From Botryllus schlosseri (taxonomy: Eukaryota): a stretch of 64,000 bases of DNA. A model generated the notes under the pieces. The model had not been told where the DNA came from and searched no databases. It saw nothing but the letters and a program-made list of their open reading frames with translations. The position numbers were made by a program, and so were the translations under genes. Positions within the stretch are counted from its first letter, which is position 1. Each line of letters opens with the position of its first letter. The DNA is taken from positions 35,032,001 to 35,096,000 of the forward strand of contig CM119372.1 of NCBI GenBank assembly GCA_051294905.1, given 5' to 3'. Positions 36,574 to 50,177 of the stretch are shown here, one piece after another.

Positions 36574-37655
36574 CAGTGGTTCCCAACCGGGGTCCGCGAA
36601 ACCTCTAAATTTGTAAAGTGGTTGATAACTCAATTTTTATTTTATTTCTAATCAGGAAAAGCATGAGACAGTTTCGCTTCATAATTGCTAAAACGTTACG
36701 ACTTTAGGACTGTGGGTACATAGTACATACTCATTTTATTTGTCAAATTACCAATACCCTGCCGATGCAAACATATTGCTGTGTAGGAAATGAAATGTTG
36801 GAGATAGCATTTTATATTTGGAGTTGTCAGTCTCGGAAAATTAGTACACCGTCGTTTGAGAGAGAAATCCTTTTTTCCTAATTTGTCCCAATGAGGGAAT
36901 TGAAGCCTCACCACGAAATACATTTTCCAGTTTTGTTTGTTTGTTTGATATTCATGGTGTTTCACCAACTTTGGTCATTTTACACCAGGCTGATATTTTT
37001 TATTTTTTAATCCGTATTTACCGCCTTGTAGCAATGCCCCTTCTAGGCTTTTATAAGACACCGCCCATGAGACAAATAACGTGGGGAGGAGGGACCTAGA
37101 AAAATCTTCAACACTTAGGTAGGAATTTGGAATCGACCTCGGTTGGACTCGAACCCACAAGCCGATTGGTGTTGTAGATGTGGATTATACCACTACGCTA
37201 TCTCGCCACATTTTCTCCCGTGATATAGCCACTAAATAACTTCAAGATGAGACGTTAGTTATAAATGACCAGGATGGACGTGATATATTCAATAAAAACT
37301 AACACCAAAAGCTGTAGTCGGAAGCGTCACGCGTTAGCCACCAATATGTCTTTGTGGAAATAGATTTTCGGCACTCGTACATAACGAATCGAAGACGTGG
37401 ATCTTCAACACAATACAGCTGCAAAATTCGTTTCGAAATACCAAAAGGCTACCCAAGTTCTACATATATTGCGATGTTACTTTCAAGAAAAGTCACTTTG
37501 TGGCTGTTTATCAATAGCCCACAATCAATATTTGCCCGAGACAGATGACGGTTGCACGATAGTTGAGCTAATTTTGAACGAAAACTTGAGGGGTCCGCAG
37601 GGCTCCGTAGCGGTCCAAAAGGGGTCCGCTAAGACAAAAAAGTTGAGAACCACTG
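36574..37655. mobile_element. hAT (Charlie-like) MITE with CAGTGGTT TIRs
   Basis: cagtggttcccaacc / agttgagaaccactg. Perfect TSD tgttagtg (36566-36573 / 37656-37663). Confidence 0.88.
36928..37207 (-). mobile_element. tRNA-derived SINE (same family as 34920-35191)
   Basis: The minus strand reads ggcgagatagcgtagtggtataatc...ggttcgagtcc with a (CAAA)n tail. TSD acattttc (36920-36927 / 37208-37215). Confidence 0.82.
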
Positions 37656-38711
37656 TGTTAGTGGTAATATGGCCCACCGGAAACTTTGGTTAATGATCAT
37701 ATGGGGGCCCAAGACCAACGTTTTTTAGTGGGGAGCTACCAAGTACAAGTGCGCTGTCACTTGCACTTCAAATCTCCCATAAATCAAATAGCGTTAAAAT
37801 ATTGGAGCAGCTATTATAAACAAGAAGAGTAAATGAAATAATAGTTATTTCGCCTATATTAATTTATGTGTCATAGCAATAATTAAAAACAGACGAGTGA
37901 CGGTAAATGTATATTAGGCAGCTGATATGCAACTAGGAATAGAGTCACTTATCCTATTGAAATCGTTTTTCGCGAAATATTATATTCATATACGGATCAC
38001 ATATATAGTCTGCATTGGCTACATAATATGTCCAATGGAAGATGGGTAGGCCTAAAACCATTGGTCAAATAAGCGGTGACAAAATCAGGAGTACTGGAAA
38101 ATAATTCATAAATTGGATCAAGCTCAAATCCTTTAAATTATTTTTAACAATATATTAGGGTTACCATATTTTGGAATCGGGAATGGAGGACCCTTTTACC
38201 AGATCGTAAAAGTTAGTTGATCAAAACTGAAATCAGGCGATTTCGCTATTTTTGCTGTAAAATTTGGTGAGTTGACTAAAAAAAGGTCAAGCACTTTCGA
38301 ACGAACCCCGAATTTCCCACTCTAGCGTCATTTAACCCGTTTTTATTCGAATCTGTCTATTATCCTAGTTTCAAAAACCTGTAAAGGATGACGAATTGCC
38401 AAAAATGAGGACATTTTCAAAAACATGAAAAAGGATCACATATGGTAAGGTAACCCTGTATAAAATATATCGACATTGTGGTGGAAATTAACGTGAATTG
38501 TTACGTTAGGCTTCATTTCAAAATCTATTGGCTTGCCGACTGTTGGAGACTGGTATAAACGTGGATGAGTTTCTTACGGTGAAATCTATTCACTATTCTT
38601 ACTACTCTCGTCCCAAAGCGTGATGATATTTGAAATGTTTTCTGCAGTAAGTGATACTACATGTTTACAATGCAGCATTTCTATAGATTGGTCACCGTAG
38701 TAAGCAGAATA

Positions 38712-40109
38712 TCAATGAACGGAATGGCGGCGAATACGCGATGCACAATCGTCTTGGACTGAGTGAGTCAGCCCGTCAGCTAATCCAGCTATGCCCGTAG
38801 ATAAAACCCCCTCCTCTGAATTCACTCCTGCGTCATCCAATAGTGTGGAAATGTACGGAGCGGGACCGTACGCTATTGCATTTTTCGGTGTAGAGATTAC
38901 CGCTGAGATTACGTCTATAGACGAATCGTTAGGATTTGCCGAGACCTCAACGTCGCAAGTATTCGAGACTACATCAGCCGCTAATGAATCCGGCCTCTCC
39001 GCAACGACCGTCTCACTATTTCCCGCGTTTACATGTTTCCGTTGACCGGACGGTGGTTGGCCGGGCCTCACCTGAAGTTCATCAATGGCTGTAGTCTGAC
39101 AGATGGCATGTTTTATTGATCGTAAACAATCTGTAGTTGATCTCCTTATGTCTGCAATCATACGCCTACATTCTTTTTTGACATCGCTGGAAGCAAGATA
39201 ATATATGATGGGATTGGTGCATTCGCACAGGCGTAGGATCCCATGAGCTGTTAATGAGAGCGACGTTGAAACGTCTGCGGGAAGCGCAAATGATTTTACT
39301 ATTAGGTAGGTCTTGATTGCTAATTCAGCTGAGTATCAAATAACATAAATGATTACAATTCTGGCTAACTGTATTAGGGCTTGTTTCTCCTTTCGACGAG
39401 ATGAAGATGATGATGAGATTGCATGCGATCGACGAGAAACGAGTATTATAATAAGCGCAAAACACAATACCACTATAAGAATGGAAGGAATGACCATGCC
39501 AAATACTTGCGATAACATTGAGGCTATCACGAACCATCGATTCACTTCCTTTACGAGGCCACAGTAATAACCTGCGCCGTTATTACGATATTCAGTTATG
39601 GGAGTGCTAAGGGCTAAATGAGTGATAAATATAGTAACGTATGAGGTGGCAACTAAAATTCTACATTTCTTCGCTGTCACGTCCATTGCGGATCCGTGAA
39701 TTTTTGTAATGGTGAAAAATCGAATCAGAGTCAGCATGAAAACGTGATTAGTAGTGATGTAGGATGTCGCGGTTTCCAGTGGCAGCCAGACGAAACAGAA
39801 TGGCCTCGGTAATCTGTAGTCAAATCTGTGCATCTGTTGGTAGACGTACATTGGGCGGTTGAGGGCTGAAATGAGATCAGAGGAGCACAATCCCGTTAGG
39901 ATGACTGCAAAAAAGTTCGACTTCACCCGCCATAAAATGATAATCATCAGCATATTTGCGATTGATCCGAAGATAGTCATGAAAGTGAAAGCGGTCCAAA
40001 TCATTGACTCTTCCGTCGCCGTACGATTGGTAACGTGTTGGTAGTTCGAATGATTCATCGGTGCCGGGGGTAAATGCTTGTCAGAGCCATTCATATTGGC
40101 ATGATCCAT
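38712..40109 (-). pseudogene. Intronless rhodopsin-like (class A) GPCR, 465 codons, interrupted by one in-frame TGA at 39336-39338 in TM6
   Basis: TM1 GSIAN, TM2 GLCSSDL, TM3 FC...LTLIRF and TM5 MVIPSILI. After the stop the same frame continues YSAELAIK...LRLCECTNPIIYYLASSDVKKE into ORF 38712-39161. Confidence 0.88.
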
Positions 40110-42960
40110 TTCGTGGAAGCCTCATAAAGACCTAAACGAATTGAAAGAAAAAGTGAAATTGAATATTGCATTTTGTTCAGTAAACTTCGGTAATTTGGGG
40201 CCAAGGTTTTATTGCGGCTGCAGAGCACTTCGATGGGTCCCATGTTAGACAAACCTTCATTTGTGTTGGTGTATCCAGGCGTGGTAACGTCAATGCCCAA
40301 AAGTCCCACCGCCCAAGTTGTACACACGTAGATTAAAGCATACCAACGGCCTGAAGGGATACTGCAGGTACATACAGTTCGCTTATAACAGTGAGAACAG
40401 TGAGAACAAATTATTTGAATCATGCGCCTTTTCCGGAGTCGCGTGAGGATAAATTTCAAGTTGAATATATCTGCACCAAAACACTCTGCTTTAGGCTTAT
40501 TTACCAAATAGTTTCGGGCTTTTCCGAATCTAGAGTACCTTTTGGAGAATAAGTTGCCTGAAAATATTTAAAATATACATTCTTTTGTCTTTGATCGTGG
40601 TGTTAATTTTGGCAAGTTTTGGGCCTTCAAACTGTGATGAAATCGACTTCTGGCATCATCGCCCTTCAGACCTACCTTGTTCTGCGGGTCATTGCGTTCA
40701 TCACCATATCGATTAAACATATTCAATTGCCAAATACACACAATTTTCTGTAGCAAATCAAGTCCGGTATTGCTCGATTCACGAACGAATCGCAATAAGT
40801 CACACCTAGTGGTGACTTAGTGCCAAGGATTGCTTGATTCGTGTCACACCGCATTGTCGACCATATTAACTATTTCATCATAGTAGGCCTACATATGGCC
40901 CACCATAGCGTTTGAAACTATCGCTTCGCAATCTAGCAATTACCTAACATATCGAAATCTAGCAGCCCACTAGGCGTCTTGCTAATCTGGAAAATTTAGG
41001 TATTTTGAACGTTACACCTGTTTCAGCAGATCACCTTTGAAGCTGGACAAAAGACATGAATTATATGTCGCGCTTTTTAGAATGGGTATTTGTATTTCAC
41101 TTTCAATTCCGAGTATCATACTTTGAGTTCTAATTACTTTCAATTCTTTTGTCTGCAGGACATACATGTTGAAGCATAAGAGCAAGTGTAGCAATGCCTC
41201 TATTTTCCGAAAATAAAGCTACATTAAGTATAACTTCTACGATCCACAATATTTGTTACTAACGTATACTAATCACGCGAAGTGATGAAACCGTATAAGA
41301 TATAGCTTCTACGTATTGCTCTTCGCCTAAACTTGGGGCCTTATAATATGGGGAAGGGCGCCATACCATGGTATTCTCTAAAATCGGGGTCTTCTGGTAC
41401 ACAAAGGGTTAGTATCGCATTTTCATATCAATACAGTAATTTGCATTCCATTATACGAAATAATGCTTATTTAGTCGAAAATTGATACCACCTTGGATAC
41501 ATCAATACGAATCAAGTTCTCTGCACATGTCCCATATAGCTCAATTCGCAGCTTTTGACAGTCAATGCGAACGAATTAAGACTGTTTTCAAAACTACTTA
41601 CTTACTTGAGTAGATTTAAAGCCAGTCAATTCTACTTCTATTTCAAGTAGTTTTAGGTGGCTTATTGAAGAAGTACTTCTACTCGTAATTGAACAGATTT
41701 TTCGTCGCTACTTCTACTTCTACTTAAGTTGCTTTCTTAACTACTTTGACCACCTCTCCTATAATTACGATTACAATTAGGCTTATTTCAGTAAATGAAG
41801 GTTGTTTTTATTTATATTTTAATGCAGTTTTTTTCGAGGGCGGTGTCTACATATTAAAATTAATAAAAGTGACAGTAAATCGCGCGCAGCGCAAAGATAA
41901 ACCTCATGTATCATCATAAATAGCCCCCAAAATATGTACAAAAATATTATGAGCCTATGTCAAGTCTTCAAAATTCCAGACATTTGGCATATTTTAGAAA
42001 TTCCTCCCGGACGCGAGCTTGAACAGTGAAATTCCGGACATGTCCGGGAAATTCCGGAAGTATGGCAACCCTATTATAGAGTATAAACTATAAACAATCG
42101 AAGGTAAGAATCCCTATTGTTTAATAAAAAGCCAACACTATACCTATATATTTAGCGCTCACTCATGAGCAATGCCCAGCATCACTAATGTACTTGCTTT
42201 GAAGATTGCAAATGGTTTTCCATGTGAACGACGGCTCAAGTGCTCATTAATATGATGATGAATTCGGATCCTGACTATACCCCACGAATATACAGGTTTT
42301 ATTATCTCCCACATCCATTTAATATTTATTTGCGTTGAAAAACTTAGGGGCATGAAAGCTGATTAAATATTTCGAACGAAGTAATCATACCTTCTTTGAA
42401 ACGTTGATCGCTCCGTGATCTGAACATTTCTCATTAAACATCGTCCGCTCACATCATCCGATTCCAGCATCCACCGGGTCTGAAACGATGGACGTCAACA
42501 CCATCACAATTGCAGCTGTGGCATAATCCATACACGACAATGACTAGATGTCGGGATGAAATACAGATGATACATTAATACGTACCAATTTATTTGCAAA
42601 TTAAAAAATGTGATCAATTCCAGGTTGGCAGCATGCATATGAATTGCTATACACATCAGAGCGAATGTAATTATTTTCATTTAAGACACATCGATGCCTC
42701 GGGGGAACAGACGTCGTGGTCACATTTCGGCATTTTATTTTCTGCCATACCGAAATAATCAACCCCGTCAAGATACAATGGGCTATAATTTATTGCATTG
42801 TACAATCGAACCGGTGTATTAGAATGTTGTAATTGTATTGCACTCATTTGTTCTGAGTTCCGGCTGATGTGAGAAAAATATCGAGTTGCGAGAAGAAAGT
42901 TTCATCGCACCCTGACAGACGAGAGACCATTTCCCTTAACCATCAATACCAGAGGAAGAC

Positions 42961-43160
42961 GGCGGCATAGCTCAGTGGTGTAATCCACGGCTGCAACACC
43001 AATGGGTTGCTGGTTCGAGTCCAACCGATGTCAACTTAAGAATTCCTATACCTCAGTGTTGGAAGTTTTTCTAGGCTCCTCCCCGCCACCTCATGCGAGT
43101 AATTGGTGTCTTGCAAAAAGTGGGCCGATCATGTTTAAACAGCGTTTTATCTATTTCTGT
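42961..43160 (+). mobile_element. tRNA-derived SINE, 3'-truncated
   Basis: ggcggcatagctcagtggtgtaatccacggctgcaacacc...ggttcgagtcc...gaattccta...ctaggctcctcc matches the other copies. Confidence 0.8.
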
Positions 43161-43221
43161 CCTAAAGAAATAGAATACGCTAGGCCCGATTTTGACATGA
43201 ATATCCTGACTGGACAAAAGG

Positions 43222-43650
43222 GCAGTTCAAAAAAACCGTTTTTCCTTAATCTTGCTGGCTACGTGATTAGATCGTTAGGTTGCCTTGAAAAACGACGCAC
43301 ACCAAATTTGAATTCATTCCATTCCATCCATTCTGGGATTATCCACCGATCAAGGATAATCACCGAATTATCGAAGAAAAACTCTAATAACTCAGCTTCT
43401 AAGGGTTGGAATTGAGTCAAACCTGTTTTGCATCGTTTTTGAAGACAGCACAACAATTTGATGGGGTTGACAGATAAATTTGCAAAAGTTTTTTGCATTT
43501 TTGGGTAAATTCGAAATTTTCAACCTGTACGAAATCCGCGATTATTGGCTGGAATGAATTCAAATTTGGTGTGCGTCGTTTTCTAAGGCAACCTAACGAT
43601 TTAATCACGTGACCAGCAAGATTCAGGAAAAACAGTTTTTTTTCAACAGC
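43222..43650. mobile_element. MITE with long (~95 bp) imperfect terminal inverted repeats
   Basis: 43229-43320 is the approximate reverse complement of 43551-43643, which yields the mirror ORFs FFLNLAG(Y/H)VI(R/K)SLGCL. Confidence 0.8.
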
Positions 43651-44177
43651 CATGGACATCTTCCGTTGAACGCGGTATCTAAATCACCTTGGCGTGTATG
43701 ACATATTTCCTGCATGTTATCGGCCAACAACTATATAAAGTTTGATCCCTGCGTGAATGCTGGAGCGTGAGGTTTTTGTGGAAATTTCGATATATTGCAG
43801 TTCCATTAAGGTGGCGTTGTGAAGAAAACGGCTGCGGCCAAGAATTTTTTTTCGTCTGCCCTTCATTTTGAGACCACATCATTTTTAGAGTGCAGTGCTC
43901 CTTTAAGCTCAATGTAGTATTTGTAGATGATACACAAACTCCTTCTGCTGGCACAAACTAGGTTTGCTTATTGAACATGCTGTTTTAAGCGTACCTGCAT
44001 AATACTCCTAATCAGGCTTCACGAAAGTCCGTCAACTCAAATCTGAATGTTAATTCCCGCCCGTCGCAAACACTGACGAGTATGCGGACCCTCGATCGTC
44101 TCAACCACTGCGACCGGATCTGCGAAAACGTACGCGGGTCCTACCTGTGCTCGCGCAACGTTGGATACATTCTAGAC

Positions 44178-45496
44178 CAGTGGTTCCCAACCTTTTTCGA
44201 CTCATCGCCCCCTTTTGAAGCTCCACATCGATCATCGCCCCCCCCCCCCAAATATTGGGAACCGAAAAATGGGTATACAAACTGGGATCACCGGCGAGTT
44301 GACTAATAAAAAAGGTCAACTTTTCGGCTCGACCTAGAAATTACACTTTTGTAGCTAAATTTCCGTGAGTTTACTAAAAATAAGTCATTTCTCCAACTTG
44401 TCTCCAATCAGGACCGTAACAGCACTTCGTCAGCCCCCTGCCAAACGTTGGTCTTGGGCCCCCATATGGCGATAAACCAAACCCCAGACCCCCCTCAGCC
44501 AGTGGACTTTTTGTCGCTACATATCAGCTATACCCTGTTTCATGTACTGTTTTGTGAGTCACCGTATTTCGGCTGAGCGCCCGAAGAACGATAAATTTAT
44601 TTAATTTATGTTTTAATCGGTCAATATGGTCGGGAATTGCATATATATTGCTATCAATTTTTTATCCTCTCTCTGCTCACGTAATCAGATTTACCGGTAG
44701 AGCTGAGTGTGGTGTGTTGGAAAAGGTAGGACTCTTAAATTATAATTAAACATTTTCGGGCGGACCCGATGTAATATTGATTTCGTTGCATGATGCTTTT
44801 TATGACCTAATATATATGCTATGTTAAAATTTATGGAAATCACCAGAATGTACCTAACTAAAAGACGCAGATATGATTTCAAATTGGTATTTCCCAACTG
44901 GCAAATAATTTTTCTCTGCGGGATGGCATTTGTCCTGTAGGGTTCAGATCGCCAGGAGAGGAACATTCGACGCCAGTCATTGAGGCGTCTATAGACAATT
45001 AAACATATATGTATATTTTATATATATCGAAGTTTTCGGTCAGCACAAGGGCATTCCTTTTCGGTCAAGGTCTTCTCGCTGCTAATTGTTCTGGCACATC
45101 TCTCGGAGTCGTATGTCAAATGGCCTATAACTTCATATGTCTTGGTGTGTCATGGCGCAGTAATGGCCGACGCCGAAGTCTCCATTTTGCAAAATCATGC
45201 GTATTTTTGTTAAGGGAAGGGTACCCCAGAATCAAGATATCAAAATATATTAAAATATTAAAAAATTTTGACAAAGTTGCATGAATTTCTAAAATATTAC
45301 TATATAATGTATGTTAATTCACAAAATAATTTTGGGTCCCCAATTGGCGGGTTTAGGGTGCGGCAGTAACGGTCCTGACTCCATGCAGCTGTTTTAACGC
45401 GCCATCGCCCCCTTATCGCCCCCTCCGTTCATTTTCGTCCCCTAGCCCGCCAAATCGCTACCTGTTGGGCGATATCGCCCACGTAGGGAGCCGCTG
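44178..45496. mobile_element. hAT MITE inserted in the cbEGF exon, with MITE family A nested at 44409-45377 (-)
   Basis: cagtggttcccaac ... gtagggagccgctg. Perfect TSD ttctagac (44170-44177 / 45497-45504). Confidence 0.9.
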
Positions 45497-45871
45497 TTCT
45501 AGACGGAGTCACAGGTCTGTGTCGAGGTTTGATTTTTCGCTGCGATTTTTCACGGTGTCGCTTTTGTGAGCGCGTTTGTCGGCAGATCTGGACGAATGTA
45601 GGGCCGGCCGCAGACCGTGCCAGTACGGTTGTCTGAATCAAGAGGGCAGCTACAAGTGTTACTGCCCGACTGGGTATCGGATCACAGCCAACGAACACTC
45701 TTGCGAATGTCAGAACGTTTAACACTTGAACTGATCGAATTTGAAGAGTTTCATGGAGGTTCCGAACTTCAATATACAATTGAATAGTATATTGGTATTG
45801 AAACAGACCCGAATATTTTTGGCTGGCACTCGTCAGGGGTTAGAGTGGGTAAAACTAGTCGTCGTAGGCAC

Positions 45872-46662
45872 CAGGGTTTTAACCCACGAGGTTCTGAGTC
45901 ACAATTCTGTCTCACTTTTATAGTTTGGACTCGAGTCAAGTCCAGCCATTTTCAATTCACTACCGAGTCAAGTCCAAGTCGGTGAGTGTGAGGTCAAGTT
46001 CAAGTCATAGTGTTGTGACACAATGCGAAGTCATTGTGTTCACTGTTCAGTTTTCAGTACGGTTCCACCCACTTTTCAACTTTAGTGATATAGCATGCCT
46101 CGCATTCATAATATCGTAATTTTCCTCAGTCTTAACAGTTTCTGGCCCTATTTTTCAAGTACGATGACTGATAGACTAAATACCAACAATGTGGTAATTT
46201 TACTATTCTCAGGTAGAAGTAGGGGTATTCTAAAAACATAAATGCTTCGGTAAATATTGAAAGCAAGTAAAATCTTGTTCAAGTAAGAGTAGCAGCTCTT
46301 CGTTACTGCTGGCGGTGGAAACGCAATTTATCGTTGACTCGACACATTCTATATGGCTTATTCAACGCTCGTATAACAGGACCGATATTTTAAAGGCCCA
46401 GAAACTGTCTTATATTTGTTTGAATAAACATTTTAGAGAGAATAATAAGTATATAATGAATCACTGGCCTTAGATATCACCCAAGACTTTCACAGAAGTG
46501 AGTTTACCTTGACTTGAACTAAATACTGAACAGTAAACACTATGACTTGGACTCGGACTTGACTCGGTGGTGAATTGAAAATGGCTCGACTTGACTGAGG
46601 TCAAAACTAAAAAAGTCAAATTGACTCGTGATTTGGAACCTTGTGACTTGGTTACAACCCTG
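45872..46662. mobile_element. Intronic MITE with CAGGGTT(T/G)TAACC TIRs and GAGTC/CAAGTC subterminal repeats
   Basis: cagggttttaacc ... ggttacaaccctg. Short repeats caagtc at the left end and gacttg at the right end. Confidence 0.7.
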
Positions 46663-48479
46663 CTTACATCAATTGAATCTGTAGATATCAACGAATGCTT
46701 GGAAGAAGAAGCCAAATGTACAGGCTCAGACGAACTGTGCGCTAACATGCTCGGCAATTACGAATGCGTCGACATCGCCCGTCCGCCTGGCTACAAAATG
46801 AGAAACGGGTGAAACAAAAATATATTTCCTCGTCTAATCGTTTGGATAGCATAATTGTCTCGTTTAGGGTATGCATTCGGACTTGCGTTGGAGAAGAATG
46901 CGGCGATGTCGCCAAGAGCGTGATCAGATTCAACTGGACTTTCCTACGAGTGGGCGTGTCTCACAATCCACACTTGCTCCCGCTTGCGGTGTCCTTTTCA
47001 AGCGGTGACGGTCGGCAGTAGATACACGGCAACACAGTGTAGGTTGCTGTGCGGATTTATAATAAAAGCGTGTATATTGTGTAGTTGAGATTCATATTTG
47101 CGATGTCTCTAAACAGTGATTACTGGGAAAGTTTTTGTAACTTTTGCGACTTTTTTTACAACTTCCGGCAGCTCCCCTAAATACTCAGAGGTTATGTGCC
47201 ATGGTGTTTTAGGTTGTTTGGACGAAACTTATGTTGCTACTTTTTGCAACTTTTCGAACCTTTTTCGATTTTTTATGCAACCAACTTTTTACTGGAAAAT
47301 TTTGTCAGTATATGTAAATTAATTGTTTCATTGTCGTTTGAATTTGAGGTCCTTTCTGTTTGACGAAAATTCAGGCTAGATGGCAGAAAATAATATTTTC
47401 ACTGGGTAAATTTTTTCAGGCTATTGATTTTGTTGAAGTCGCCATAATTGAGTTTTGCTACAGTGCCTTGTATCGTAGAGTATCTCATACCCTAATAAAT
47501 TTCAGGAACATGTACGTATATGCAACATTTAGTGCAAGCTCTGTGCAGAGTAAATGCTACTCTTACTGCAACTTTCATGAAATATAAGTGCAACTTTCCA
47601 CGGATCTGACTGCAACAAAACCTACCCCCGTGATTGCCTTACATGGCACGGAACTGTGCGTTTGATATGCAAAAAGGGCTGCACGAAATTCTTTACTATC
47701 ATCAAGTGCGGCGTGTCTAAAAAAGTTTGAGAACCACTGATCTAAATCAAAACCGCTCAATTTAAACTCCTTTAACATTTCAGATTCCGGCTACTGACCC
47801 CTGTGACAGACAAGACCCGCAGGCTATTTGATCTCTGAGTGGTAGGAGACCACTATATACACCAAGGTTCAAATACGGCCACAGGACGTGGACTGGTACC
47901 GGCAACGCGTTGCGTCGCATTCGGAGGGCGAGGACGGGTCCTATCACTGCGAAACCATTTTCAGCCTCTTCATCAACGTGGCGCCGAATCCATTATATGA
48001 GCTAGCGGCGTGATTGTTTTGATTCGAGTCGAGTGTTCTGTTTACGAATGCGTCGGAGACTGATGTTTATAGAACTGAGTTTGTAAATTGTGATCACTTT
48101 CTTGTAATATTTACATTTGGGATATGATGACGAATTGTAGTTGATAGGGCTTGCTCGTCCTGAAGTAACAACCGAATATTGTAAGTTAGCTGTACCAGGG
48201 CTTGCGTTATGTCCTGCTATCCTGATTTTGGGGAAGTCTCGACCCACAGATCCACCCAATACATATATTTCAGATGCTTTTGTTGTAGGTTTCATTACGG
48301 CGAGTTTATATAGCCAATATATAATGAGATCAGGGCCGTAACTGCCGTACCAAAACCCCGAATGGGGCCCAAAATTATATCGCAAATCAACATAAAACAT
48401 AGTATACAGACCTGGGAAATGTGTGGCCTGCGACAGGTTTAATAAGAATCGTTCGGTTATATTTTTCATCAGAACAAGT

Positions 48480-48930
48480 CACACACAATGTACAATGCGA
48501 TGTAATGAACAGATAGGACTGCCGGGGAAGTATCTCGCAGATGTTCATAACCCCTTCGAAAGGTATTCGACAACGACTTCAGACTGCGATTCCAGTTTTC
48601 AAAAGACACAACTCACCATCTTTTTGGGTGTGGAAAGATGATGAAGAATTGACCTGCAGAGATCATGCTCTTCCGCCGATACTACAACTGACTTGCGCCT
48701 TACGGTTTTTCGCAGATGGCCATTTTCAGCAGACTGATGGTGACCTAGCTGGTATAAGCAAAGTAACTGCTCACAGATGCATTCACAAAAATTACCCGTG
48801 CCATATGCTGCAAGAAGGTCCTGTTTTTGAATTTTCCCACTGACCTCGCCAAAGTAAAGCATGAATTTTATGACATTGCAGGTTTCCCTAGCGTTGTTGG
48901 AGCAATTGATTGCGCCCCAAACATGAATCA
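48480..48930 (+). mobile_element. PIF/Harbinger (HARBI1-like) transposase relic, frameshifted
   Basis: HALPPILQLTCALRFFADGHFQQTDGDLAGISKVTAHRCIH, then in a shifted frame FPTDLAKVKHEFYDIAGFPSVVGAIDC. Confidence 0.85.
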
Positions 48931-50177
48931 TCTGTCAAAGAACCAATAACTCACGAGTTTGTTGCATGTGAGGAAAGATTTTGCCAGAATGCAGTTGTAG
49001 AAAAACTCGCGTACTGAAATCACAGGATTATTACAGAGAATTTTCCAAGCATTTTGGGTCGCACTGTCTCATAGGTACCACTTCTCCGTTACACATAACG
49101 TAATACCAACACAGTCTGTATCAGGTGTACAAAATTCAAGTTTCGTTCACCGTTAGCAGAGGGGGGGGTCGGCGGCGGATCCCCCCTTCATTAGTTGCGA
49201 TAACATAGATAAGAGGGCCCCCTGGCCGGCAAACCTAGCCTCCCCCGATCGTAGAGCCACCACTGACCATGCGTAACGATGTCAAGTTCATGCTAGACTT
49301 GCGATGCACCAGAGCGATGAACCTGTAGTCGGTTTTTATCAATGATATACATACAATGATTGGAAACTCCAGTGAGCTCTGCGTTTGAGCGCGTCGCGAG
49401 TCATGCTTCACTACAGGTATGAAATCGATGTAAACAAATGGTTCGCCAGCAATCTTTTTTCAGGAACTGGCGTTAACGTAATGAAAAGTTTTTTTATCGA
49501 GACCTCTTTTGCACGTGAAATGTGTGCATACTGTACAGGTTTTGGCAAATACCAGTAGCATGGCTTAATATTCAGACGAAACTGATGTACCAGTGTGACT
49601 ACGTGATGAACATTGTGATCGAAGGTGGTCTCGCAGTATCAAATAAATGTGGATACTTCATAGTCCAAGCTAGAGTTGGGATCAAGTCACCATCATCAAG
49701 TCATTGCAAATTTTTAATCAAGTCACGAAGTCATTTCTAAATTTTTCAAGTCAATTCAGGCAGGTTCTAAAACTGACTCTGAAGTCAGGCCTTCTGAAGT
49801 TATGAAAGTAGGCAAAACTTACTTGAGAATATCGCAAAAAACATCACGTTTTCGAAGTAATAATAGTCATTATTCCTTTGTTACGGAGATTCATCTTGTG
49901 ATCCGAATGCTCATATATACAATTGAATAAAAATAAAAATATTTTTATATGATACATATCAGGAGTAGGCCTAATCGTCAGCAGCTTGTAGATACAGTAT
50001 ACAATTGACTAACAGCTGTATACAAAGTAAAGTCTAACTCATTTCTTCATACTACTCGATGACTTTTCAGACCGTTCATTTTCTGCTTCAACAAGTAGAT
50101 TTCAATATCCAATTGACTAAGAAACGTCTGCAAAACCTGGTCTTAACCTACTTTTTCAAACTACGGTACTTCATGAG

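Larger units (their letters stand above)
44060..48000 (+). pseudogene. Fibulin/hemicentin-like 3' end (cbEGF repeats plus fibulin-type C-terminal domain), decayed
   Basis: Exon remnants: ~44060-44177 + 45505-45526 (CDRICENVRGSYLCSRNVGYILD|GVTGLCR), 45586-45708 (DLDECRAGRRPCQYGCLNQEGSYKCYCPTGY), 46685-46808 (INECLEEEAKC...NMLGNYEC), 46868-~47040, and 47784-48000 (TIFSLFINVAPNP). Lesions include stops, frameshifts, Cys-to-Arg changes, a lost acceptor and an exonic MITE. Confidence 0.85.

Noticed and set aside
39336..39338. Selenocysteine codon in the GPCR
   Set aside because: No recognisable SECIS was found downstream, and I know of no selenoprotein GPCR.
34920..43160. tRNA genes at ~34925, ~37207 and ~42961
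   Set aside because: They lack a closed acceptor stem and a full cloverleaf, continue into a shared body, and two have TSDs and A-rich tails. They are SINE heads.
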